This document shows positions 26,501 through 38,500 of a stretch of DNA of 64,000 nucleotides, piece after piece (the first letter of the stretch is position 1; each line of letters opens with the position of its first letter). Under the pieces are notes generated by a model. The model had not been told where the DNA came from. It did no database searches and worked only from the letters and a program-made list of their open reading frames with translations. Made by a program: the position numbers and the translations under genes. This stretch comes from Laetmonice hystrix (lineage: Eukaryota): contig OZ249436.1 in NCBI GenBank assembly GCA_965235115.1, forward strand, positions 13,456,001-13,520,000, in the 5' to 3' direction.

Positions 26501-29500
26501 ATGGCAGCTAGTGATCGCTCCTGTGCTCATTTTATAAGGCAGACACTACACACGTGACATCCTAGAAAATAGAGGCTAGTGATTTACTTAGGGTCTATAG
26601 CTCATATTTTTTGGCTACACTAATTACTTCTCAATAATATGCGAGATCAAAGTGAATAGAATTCTTTTAAATTCTAATCTGAAAGTCATGGGAGTATGTG
26701 CCAATTGCAATCATACTTTCTTTTGCTCAGTTACTGTCATCTCAGAGATAACTTTTGCTGTAATATGACTATCAACTTTATTACCCGTACATCAACAAGA
26801 ACAGCGTAAGCTAACAGAGAAAAGGCTCCACATCCCAGTGAGAATTCCAAGTTTAGTTTGTGTTATCTCGATGAGTACAACATGTCCACAGTACACAAAA
26901 TGTTCAGACAGGGATAACTTGTAGCATCACTGACAACACTTCATTGAATTCAAGTAAATACATTTAATCTTAATGCACAAACTAAGTATAAGATTAGATC
27001 TCTGTTAATACAGTACCCAACATTCCAAACCTGACACAATTCTTGACGCAATAGTCACACATGTTTAATCCAAGAATTAAGATAATAAGAAGATTTAGCT
27101 TTTTATACAGTTACACTTTTTCACACTGAAATTAAAGATGACATGTGCCACATGCAATCACCCTTTAATTTATCCATTACTGTCATCTCAGAGATAAGCT
27201 TTCTGTCCACATTTCTGATTGTTCAGACAGGGATAACTTGAGACATCATTGACAACACAGCTTTCTTAGTTACATGTATCCAATGTCCCAGACCTGACAC
27301 AAATACTTGACAGAATCATCCACACATTCAGACCCTGCCAACATACAGGAGCAATTCCTCTTGCTCTCATCCACTCCTGACAATTTGAAAGGCATCAGTC
27401 CTGTAACCCAACATATGGGAGCTAGTGATCGCTCCTGTGCTCATTTTATAAGGCAGACACTGCACACGTGACATCCTAGAAAATAGAGGCTAGTGATTTA
27501 CTTAGGGTCTATCAGAGTATGTGAACACCGTGGGACCGACGGCCCGAGACCCGCTAAAAACCCGTCGGTCCGACAGACCTTCCCATTTAGCAGGCCCGAT
27601 TGTCCCGCACACATTTGGCTGTTATGTACCCACCTAAGTCCCAAGTAGGCATCCATTGAGGAGAAGCTGCTCCACTACATGCAATAGACTCCACTACACT
27701 GTCCTTTAGCCAACCAGAGCACAGATATACATTTTATATTTATTTATACATTTATTCTATTGCACCTGGTAATGACACCAGCATAATAAAGACGTGTTAT
27801 ATTCATGAGCATGCGTTTTTGTGTAATTTTTGAAAAGTGACATATTTCAGTAGGTCAGACAGAACTCTGGTAGGTCCCCCAGACTTGTTACTTGTGCAGG
27901 ACCGCAGGTCCTGCAGAAATTTTGGCACTTTCACATACTCTGGTCTATAGCTCATATTTTTTGGCTACACTAATTACTTCTAAATAATATGAGAGATCAA
28001 AGTGAATAGAATTCTGTTAAATTCTAATCGGAAAGTGATGGGAGTATGTGCCAATTGCAATCATACTTTCTTTTGCTCAGTTACTGTCATCTCAGAGATA
28101 ACTTTTGCTGTAATATGACTTTCAACTTTATTACCCGTACATCAACAAGAACAGCGTAAGCTAACAGGGAAAAGGCTCCACATCCCAGTAAGAATTCCAA
28201 GTTTAGTTTGTGTTATCTCAGATGAGCACAACATGTATATGTCCACAGTACACAAAATGTTCAGACAGGGATAACTTGTAGCATCACTGACAACACTTCA
28301 TTGAATTCAAGTAAATACATTTAATCTTAATGCACAAACTAAGTATAAGATTAGATCTCTGTTAATACAGTACCCAACATTCCAAACCTGACACAATTCT
28401 TGACGGAATAGTCACACATGTTTAATCCAAGAATTGAGAGAATAAGAAGATTTAGCTTTTTATACAGTTACACTTTTTCACACTGAAATTAAAGATGGCA
28501 TGTGCCACATGCAATCACCCTTTCATTCATCCATTACTGTCATCTCAGAGATAAGCTTTCTGTCCACATTTCTGATTGTTCAGACAGGGATAACTTGAGA
28601 CATCATTGACAACACAGCTTTCTTAGTTACATGTATCCATGTGTCCCAGACCTGACACAAATACTTGACAGAATCATCCACACATGCAGACCCTGCCAAC
28701 AGACAGGAGCAATTCCTCTTGCTCTCATCCACTCCTGTCAATTTGAAAGGCATCAGTCCTGTAACCCAACATATGGGAGCTAGTGATCGCTCCTGTGCTC
28801 ATTTTATAAGGCAGACACTGCACACGTGACATCCTCGAAAATAGAGGCTAGTGATTTACTTAGGGTCTATAGCTCAGGTTTTTTGGCTACACTAATTACT
28901 TCTCGATAATATGCGCGATCAAAGTGAATAGAATTCTTTTAAACTCTGAAAGGCATGTGCCAATTGCAATCATGGCTGCCGGCACTTATTGAGAAGACTG
29001 AAATATCTTCTTAAAAAAATTAAAATTATACATATAATATGACCATGGTTTTGCAACATTAATACTACAAGCCAGTTCACTTTTCTTCAGCTTGCTGCAT
29101 TCTCAACTGGTTTTAATGATTTGCTGACTTGTCATCACTGATATGTCACCTCAGATAAAAGCTGCTTGTCCACATTTCTAACTTTCTTCAGACAGGGATA
29201 ACTTTGGGCATCATAGGTAACAAATACCAAAATCAGTTGTGCTACTTTCACCAATTAACCCTTTCTTCACTTCAATCACTTTTTCCCCCTCAAATTGTAG
29301 AAGCGCAGACGAATTGTTCTATCCCAATGAGCCTTCTTGAACAGCCCGTCTCTATCAAGATTCATCGAGTTACGAGGCCAGAGTTCCAGGAATTTTTCAG
29401 GATAAAATTGCGTTTTTCCAGGTCTTAAATTCTAATACCTTTCCCCCTTTCCAGGGGAAAATTACTTCATGATGAACGTAGTTATCTAGTAGGAAAATGG

Positions 29501-32500
29501 CTTAAATTCCATAGTTACAGGAATTTATACCTCATTACACATTTTTTAAACCTAAGCATTTTACTCTTTTTCCAAGGCTTTTCTGACTGACCTTAGGGGA
29601 CTTTCCCGTACACTATGACATGTCCCCCTCCCCTATTACAAACATAAATCGCTACCTATGGGTATTTTTATTAGCAGAATAACATACCTGGGCATCAAAG
29701 ACTTTCCCTATGTGGCATGGGTTGTCTGGGGAACAAATTACAAAACCTGGCGACACATCCTGAAAGAAATATAAATCTGTCAAAATATCTTAGAGATTGA
29801 ACGATAAAATAAGGTCCTCAGTGTTGCACCCGTCTATTGCTTAAACGTCAGTCTCTGTAATACATGATAGTATTTCCTTCAGAACACTTTCCTTACTAAC
29901 ATAAATACAACTAATCAATTAAAATTTTTCCTAAAAAAAAGGATCTATGAAAACCAAATTAGATAATACTCATTGCTTGATACAATTCCTTGATCCAACT
30001 GTATTAGAGATACCTTGCAAAACTACCAGTAATATAAATGGTACTCAGATGGCAAGAAGGGCTTGGGCTGATCCTCTGCCAACTTTGATACTCAAATCTA
30101 TTTACCACCTTCTAATTTCAAGAACTGGTCAAGGATACGGGTACATAGAAATCTACTGAAGGCTTTACAGTTATTATAAGCTGCAGGAAATCATAATAAT
30201 TACCTCTTCTTCAACATTCTTCAACTTGACCTTGACATTCTCGCCTGGGTTTGCTAAGTCTGTTTCCTCATCATCTGACCACAACTGCATTACTTCTACT
30301 AATGTCTGCAATACAACAAATTTTCAAAATCTAATTAGGCTTGGTTGTTATGTGACTATCTAATTCATTACCTTAGCAAGAACAGCGTAAGCCAACAGGG
30401 AAAAGGCTCCACGTCCCAGTGAGAATTCCAAGTTTAGTTTGTGTTATCTCAGATCAGTATATGTCCACAGTACACAAAATGTTCAGACAGGGATAACTTG
30501 TAGCATCACTGACAACACTTCATTGAATTCAAGTCAACACATTTAATCTTAATGCACACTAATATCACATTATGTTATTTGATATAGACAGCATATCTCT
30601 GGAATTAGTGTAAATCCTCCTCTTCGACTTTTCATGCTTGACTGGGAAGCTCAAAAGTTTGAATCATTAGAAAACTAATTCTGAGCCAGAATTGCAGTTT
30701 TTGGCTACTTACCCTGTTTGGCATAAGCATAACTGACAGTCCTCGAGAGATAACCCCTGATTCTACTTTGCCCAGTGCTATGGTTCCCATATCCTGAAAC
30801 AGAAAACACCTGTAGTAGCGACCCTTATTGATGGATAGTGGAAGGGTGTGTGTCAAGCAAACTTATGTGTAACTCACCATGTCATGTTGTATTATGTTTT
30901 ACCTGATCTTGAAAAATGACCTCACCTTGTACCTATCTACAATTGGTATTCTGATGGGCCCCTCTTCCATTCGATTCATTGTGGGCAAGTTGTCGATGTA
31001 ATCAATAAGTGAAGGCCCTGTGTACCAAGGGCACAGATCTTCGGTTGTCTCCTTCAGGTTAGCGCCGGTCAAACCAGATACTGGGATGTAGTAAATGTCT
31101 GTTTTCGGATTGAAGCCACACTTCTTTAGATAAGGCGTTAATTTCTCCTTGATCTCTCCAAACCTACAATGGTAAATACCAGGTCATCATGAAATGGTTC
31201 AGTTTTCAGAAATTTATTAAGCCAAGTGATAATCCCACAACATGAAAATGGGTACTAATTCTACTGTCACCAAGAGCTTTTTTCTCATCGTTGCCCTTTT
31301 TTCACAAAATTCTTTTACCTGGATTCATCCCATTGTACTGTAGAGTCGTCCATTTTATTCACTACAATGACTAAATGCTTGACGCCAGCAGTCTTGACCA
31401 GCATAGCATGTTCTCGTGTTTGTCCACCACGTTCAAACCCAGTTTCAAATTCCCCTTTTCTGGCAGAGATTACCTGGAGATAGAGGCATATTAAATATCT
31501 GGTTAGCGCAGTCATCACATCATTATCAACACCTTATACTAAATTTGTGTGTATGTTTTCTCTATGTATTTAGTAGACTTCCCAGTTCACCCAACAGCAA
31601 TGGCAGGTAAAACTGGGAGAAAAATTACTAAAAATATTTTAGGTGAGGGTTTTCAAAATACAGTGACCGATAGAACTTAACACTCTTTACGTACTAATAC
31701 AGCAAGGTCTGCTTGTGAGGCTCCACCAATCATGTTTGGCACGAAACTCTTGTGACCAGGGGCATCAAGAATGGTGAAGTGCTTGTTTTCTGTCTCAAAA
31801 TATGCTCGCCCAACTTCCACAGTCTTTCCTTTGTCACGCTCTTCTTGGTTTGTATCCAGAGCCCAGGACAAGTACCTGCATAACATAATAATCATGAGGA
31901 TACATCTCATCCATCTACATTTTTATGCATATATTGCAATCTTAATAATTCGAAAATCGGAACGTTCTGATTTTTTGCTATCTCGAAACATGAAAATCGG
32001 AACAATTCCGATTACATCGGAACGGTATGCCAACCCTGTCAGAGACAAGGACAGAATCATATATTATTAACAAATTGTAAACTATCGAGCAACCTGGCAA
32101 TAAAACGTCATCTGTTAACTTCCTTTGCATGTACAGTCAGACCTCGTTTATCCGAACAGCTTGGTGCCCACTAAAATGTGTTTGGATTGTGAAACATACA
32201 GATTACTGAATCACTTTAAATAGAAAATGGTAGAAGAGGTTACCAGAAAGCGTGTTCGGATTGTGAGGTATACAGATTAACGAAGCACGGATTAACGAGG
32301 TCTGACTGTATTGGAATTGTAATCCCTTGATAGTAGCACGTAAATGCATTGATTTCATTCTATTTCTTTTCTTTTAATAGTGTACTCAAATAAGTAGCCT
32401 TAAACTAAAACTCATCTTTCATAGTGATTTCTAAAAATGAACTCACCAACTTTCTCTGTTCTTTTCTTTGGCCTCCTTCTCATATTTCTCCAACGTACGT

Positions 32501-35500
32501 TTCTCAACTTTACCTGTCAGATACCTGAAAGTAAAATCATTTCAAAATAAAACGTAGCTCCAATATATTTTCATTCAAACAATACTCACTTATGTAAGGC
32601 TACTAACCAGGACAGCCACATATTGATTACTGAAATAAGCAAATATCACACTGCATAAGAGGTTGAATGATCCAGAAAAAGTTCTATGTTCTGCACTGTT
32701 TTCCCATTCAGCATTGAGTAAAAATACAATGTAACAAATAAATTTGTCAAAGCTTTACTTTTTGCAGCATAATTATATTTCTAATACAGTATATGTCTAC
32801 AAGAAAACAAAAATGATGACGCATCATCATTTCCCACGAAATGCCTCCTTAGCTTCTTCTTAATCTTTTTCTTACATGTTAAAATAATTCTATGCTTTGA
32901 AGCTGCTTACATTATATGGCCTCCAATAGTTGACTTTCCAGCATCTGTCAAAAAAGTGCATCTGTCATGATCAAAAATGTCAACATTTCCTATCTTGCTG
33001 GCATTACCATGCCAAGTCTAGTATCATTATATGTATACAAATATGATTTGGCAAGAAAAGAAAAACTCTGTCTTTAACACTTAATATCCATGACTGGTTG
33101 CACGATCTTTACTTCGACCAGCCTTTCTACTTATAATCTATGGTGCACATGTATGCACAACTGGGTACCTCAGAAGACTAGAGGTGTTATACGCATTTGG
33201 GCTTATACATTGTAATTGACTTTGCTATGTCTGAGATATTCCAGTATGGTTGTCCTCACTATAAAAACCCTTGAAAATATCTTACCAACGTGACCAATGA
33301 AGACAATGTTTACATGTTTCTTCTTTGTAATATCTGACTTCTTTTCCTTCAGTTTCTTTGGTTTTGTGACAGATGTGGCCATGTCACTCAGGGTATCGCT
33401 GGCCTCCATGTCATCACTTCCGTCCTCCTCCTCGTCACACGCCTTGTCTCCACCCCCACCGTCATCGGCAGTACTGCTCCCACTGCTTCCATTCTCGGCC
33501 CAATCCTCTGCAACCAGCCAGAATATATTACTGTAACAGTGATCTCCTTCTCAAGGTATGTATAAGGAGAAGGCAGTCAGAGACAAAACACTTATTTTTT
33601 AAAAAGTGCTTGCTATCAAAAACATTGCAGGGAAGTGGTGCACGGTTCAATGAAAAGTCTCTATTGATGTGTGATGCAGAAAATTTAGTTACAATTTGCC
33701 ATGCAGGACTACTTAATGTAAGCCTTGCTTAAGAATCCTGAAATATCAGTTTCCTGTTCAGATTTATCAGCATCGGCTTTCATTATCACTTACCTGGAGG
33801 TTGATCACCTCTATCCTCATCACCTGTAAAAACAAAAGATTAGTCTTACTATCTAGACTTATTTTAATTATGTGCACAGGTGATATTATGAGGAGATAGC
33901 CAGCCTTCTTTTAGTATAGAACCTAACGTATGATGAGTGTGCAGTTTGTGGCAAGTAAAAACACCCAATACAAACACACAGGCATTGCCCGAGTTCCACA
34001 ATTGTATCTACTGACTACGGATGATGCAGGGTACCACATGATGGCCATTTCTTAATAAAATTTTATCTCATTTGTCAGTATCACTAAAGAACATACTGAT
34101 ACATATCGTATTCACAGTTTTGGACCGTAAATCGTATCGTTCAGTGAAAAAATCGAGATTCGTGATTGTATCGATGAATCGTCCCTGCACTACTTTTATG
34201 TGACTGCAGATGCGAGTTTTCAGGGACATCAGACAAAATGTCAGACAAAATGTCAGACATTGAAAAGCTTTATGGTAGACATTTGGATCTTATGCCATTT
34301 CCTCTTTGATGAACAAGGTGGGGGGCGGGGGCTACCACAACCCAATCTCACCCATCTCTGCACCCTCCCCTTCCTCCAACCTACCTATATACTTTGGGTC
34401 TATGTGAGGCTTTTGTCACAGAATAGGTCAGTATATGTGCCGAAAACAGTTCTACCACTCCTAGCCCTGGACTCTCTATAGAGAACGATGGATTAACACC
34501 GTGCTGTGGTCCTGAGACCAACAGTACAATAGTACGGCCAACGGTTGTAAGAAAGTGATTGGTTCAGAATTAAAATTTATTTTATTATGCAGACACAATC
34601 ACAATGACAACGACACAATTACTAAAAATTGATTGTAGACCGTCACAATTAGACTGATATTAACCACTTAGGTAGCGGCTTTCATAACGCGCTCGGAAAG
34701 CACTGCCACTGGTAAACACAGTAATGTAGAGCTTATAAACATGGTAAGCCTTTTTTCTGATGTTTTAGGTAATATTTATGAAATAAAATAGTGTCTAAGA
34801 TATGGCATTGTCATGGTAGAAAAGGGTTTAAACATGATTTTCAGTGTATGGCCCCAGATCACAGCTCTCAGACCTCAACGTTCTGTCTCGGTCCTCGTGC
34901 TGTGATCTGGGGTCACACACTGAAAATCACGTTTAAACCCTTAGACCAAAGTTTAAGGTAACTTTGAACACTGAAAGAACGTTACACTTTTACATGACTT
35001 TCATTAGAAATCCTGAGAAACTTTTTTTTATAGTGGCAGGCCTCTTACACGACGGCATCGACGGCAGCAGCAGGACAAATTGGCCTGCATTAAAATGAAA
35101 CCCGTCGGCCATTGCAAATTTTGTGGACACAACATTTCGCTTACACAAACTAGCTTAACAACTAACTACTTCTATCACTAATGCTTATTCCCTAGAAACA
35201 TACTTTTACCTGTATTTGGACTTGGTTCCGTTTCCATTACTTCTGATGTAGGCACGGATTCTTCTTGTGCTGCAACAAGATGAGTTTTAATAGTTCTTAC
35301 ATGTTACAGCTATAAAAGGTAGACCAAGGACATTAAGATGAGGTCTCATCCTCACGGGACACATTGTAAAAAAAACTGATGTCTCACTATAGATATACCC
35401 ACTAGCGTAGACATCCTAACAAAAAAATTTTTGTTTCCGGTTTGTGGCCCCTCAAAAATAGGGTGAGCAGGTAAGGTTTTTATTTTAATTTATATTTTAT

Positions 35501-38500
35501 TAATTACAATTTATTATTACAATTGCATTGGTGGTACAGGGCTTTAAATAATTTTCTATGGGAGGGCGGGTGGAAAGTACGCCAGCGCACATTTTGTTCA
35601 GTATCGCGAAACGCGATACAAAATGGGGTATTCACTAACCAATTTCCAAATTGATTAGATCTTATTGCTAATCAAAAAAGTTCAGCCCTAAACTCTGTAG
35701 CTATGATTGATCTGAACTAGTTGACACTCGTTCTCACTGCAAGTGAAGATGACCTCAGATATGGAAACAGCCTCAAGCCAACAACCACTCACTGACTCAG
35801 AATCTCAAATAATATTGTCGGCCTACCGTAACCTTAATCATGATCATATTACACAATTTATATTTATAGTACATATTTTTTAATTAAAAAAATGCTACTC
35901 AATATTAGCAATTGCTAATCAATTTCTGAATTGATCAGCGATTGTTGCCAATCAAAATTTTCAAAACAAAATGTGCGCTGTATGCCGTTCTGTGTCTCCA
36001 TGTGCGTACTATACGCCCTACCTTCAAAGGTACGGGTGTATTTTGCACACCCTTGCTTACTCGCCCGGGCTGCTCCAACTCGGACACATGAACGTTACCG
36101 TTCCTGCATCCAATGCTTTTAGCTCGGCATGGAGGGCTTGGCCAGTGAGTGGGAGGGTTTCCATTTCAAATTAGGCTGTTTCAAGTTCCCCATTATTATG
36201 CATCAATGAGGAACGAGAAACTATGGAGAGCAAACTGGTCAAGGACACTGGGGTTGGGGCATGCCCCATATCTGCATACGATTAGAATATATGTTCATAT
36301 TTGATGTTTTTACAATTTATTTCTCTGCATATTTTGCTAGAACGTCTGCATATTTATGCCAATATGCACACAGGCCTCGAATTACACGACGGCATCGGCC
36401 ATCGTGCATTTTCCATGTACCGTAAATTTGCCGCCGTGCCCTGGAAAAATCTGATGTTGATTCTTATGTATCGACGGCAGTTTTTGCCGTGCCCCTTTCA
36501 ACTTCTAATTCGAGGCCTGCGTACACTAACGGAATCCCGAGTGGTAACTCTGTTGCAATGTTACAAAAGTGACTGGAGAAAATTTTGAGTCGTGAGGTTT
36601 TAACAGGGTCGCTCGGAAACCGGAAACAAACATAATTTTTTGTTTCGCCTTATGAAGTAACACTGATTGTCATGATTCCATCAAGTTTGCAGCAAGCAAA
36701 GTTGAGCATATTCCAGGGCAGACGAAATGGCACCTTACTGTCACAACTTTGGTTATTCCACAGACAATAAAAGCATGAAAATCAGTGTCTATTTTTCAGG
36801 TTATAACAGGGTTTTTTTTCATTTCTAGGCTCTTTATGCTTTTAGGTAGGTAAAACTGCCAAGCAGTACTTAAAATTATACCTAGTATTTACCTACCACA
36901 TATAACAGACTAAACACACTTGCCACTAGTACTAAATCATGTACGTAAAAAGACCAATATGTAATGAATTGAATACCAACTATAAATCAGTCCGAGGGTA
37001 CATTTACACAAAACTTCTCAAGCAGATACAGCCATATCCAACATCAAATTAGATGACATTATGATTGCTTTATTTTCCACTTAACCTATCAGATTTTGCA
37101 TTTCTTGCCAAACACATACATTGAGTGTCTGTTCAGTTTAACTCCCAAAGTGTGAGCCTGATTCACATTTCAATCACATTACTGATCACAAAAGCAAAGA
37201 AGTTCATATCCCCGACAATTGTGATGTCACAGCAAACTTGATTGGTAGAATCTGGGGCCTGTTTCGCTCCTCGCGTCAAAACGGTTACCACACATGGGCT
37301 ATCAGCTACCTATGATGGAGAAAATTTCACTTGGTGAATAGGAGACATTTGGCTGGTCACCTGTCATTTGGGTGACGTCGCTGGATGAGTGAAATGGGAC
37401 ATTACATTATGCAACCCTTCAACTAATTCCCCAACAATAGGCCAAGAAAAAGGTTTCCCAACTGTTCAGGTCAACAGCAACAAAATGTGCCGAATCACAG
37501 ATTTGCCAAGCCTAGATCAAGGCAACAATTAGTTGAGGCAGGGTGCTGGAACTTTGTCATTTAAGGCAAATTTTAAAATAAGTTTCTTGATTTACAATCT
37601 TATTTTTTGGATTGTCGACCCTAGTCCTTTGATGTGATGGGTGGGTCAGAGACTCCACGTTCCATATTCGTCATGTCCCAGTACGTCAGACTCCATGTCC
37701 AAAGTGTACATTTCATTCTCTAGTCAATATTTTTCCTTATAAATAAAAGTTTTGAGCAATGATTTCATCACTCAGTGGGTATTGCGACCAGCTGATTGCA
37801 AGGAATTCCTATTATCTGAAGTGCCTAGACCTAGTCAGAGATTTTTCTCCATGTTGTCGATCAACCACATGAAATGTCTGGCCCTGTCTAAAGACTGTCG
37901 CCCCTATACTCCCATATCAGGAACATGGCCGAGCTGACCACCAGGGCCCAGTTTCACTAAGCCGGCGACGTCGTGAAATGGGACGTTGCCGGCCCATATA
38001 AGGTAATATGTCGCCCTTTCTTACGACGTGCCCCATTGCTTTAACGTTGGCGACATTTTGATGTGCGACGTTGCCAGATTCGTAAAACGGGGCCCTGACT
38101 CAGGGCGAGTGGGACATGTAGGCCTATCTGGGTCGGGACATGGCACACATGGCCATGGAAAATGGAGGCCGACAACCAGATGGTTGCATAACTCCCTCCC
38201 AATGCTTACATTAAGTGTGTATATACAATGTCTTACTTCACTAAATAAAATAAATATTCAGGTTTGAAACCTAAAACACGTTATTTGATATTATAACTTA
38301 AGATTGATCATGACATGATGACGTGTGTACTGTGTAGAAATGGTGTCACTGTCACTGTCAGGGATGGGGTCTGGCCTCACTCACCGACTCAAACAGGCAA
38401 AATAACTTTTGTCTCTTCTGCTGTTCTGGGTTGGTTAAAATGGTTTGTGTATAATACAACTGACATCACCATTATTAAACAGTATGATAATCAGGAAAGC

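Larger units (their letters stand above)
22560..28972. repeat. Tandem array of ~911-bp units (about 6.5 copies) carrying snoRNAs
   Basis: A-copy starts at 22579, 23491, 24401, 25312, 26227, 27181, 28538. The last interval is lengthened by a 430-bp insertion. Units are near-identical. Confidence 0.95.

Noticed and set aside
22560..28972. CRISPR-like reading of the recurring TTCAGACAGGGATAACTT motif
   Set aside because: The intervening sequences are themselves repeated and hundreds of bp long, there are no cas genes, the context is a eukaryotic intron, and the motif is explained as a snoRNA guide plus box D'.
29085..29140. Extra GTGATGA...CTGA pair just downstream of copy C
   Set aside because: Too short (~52 nt), with no terminal stem and no recognisable antisense element.
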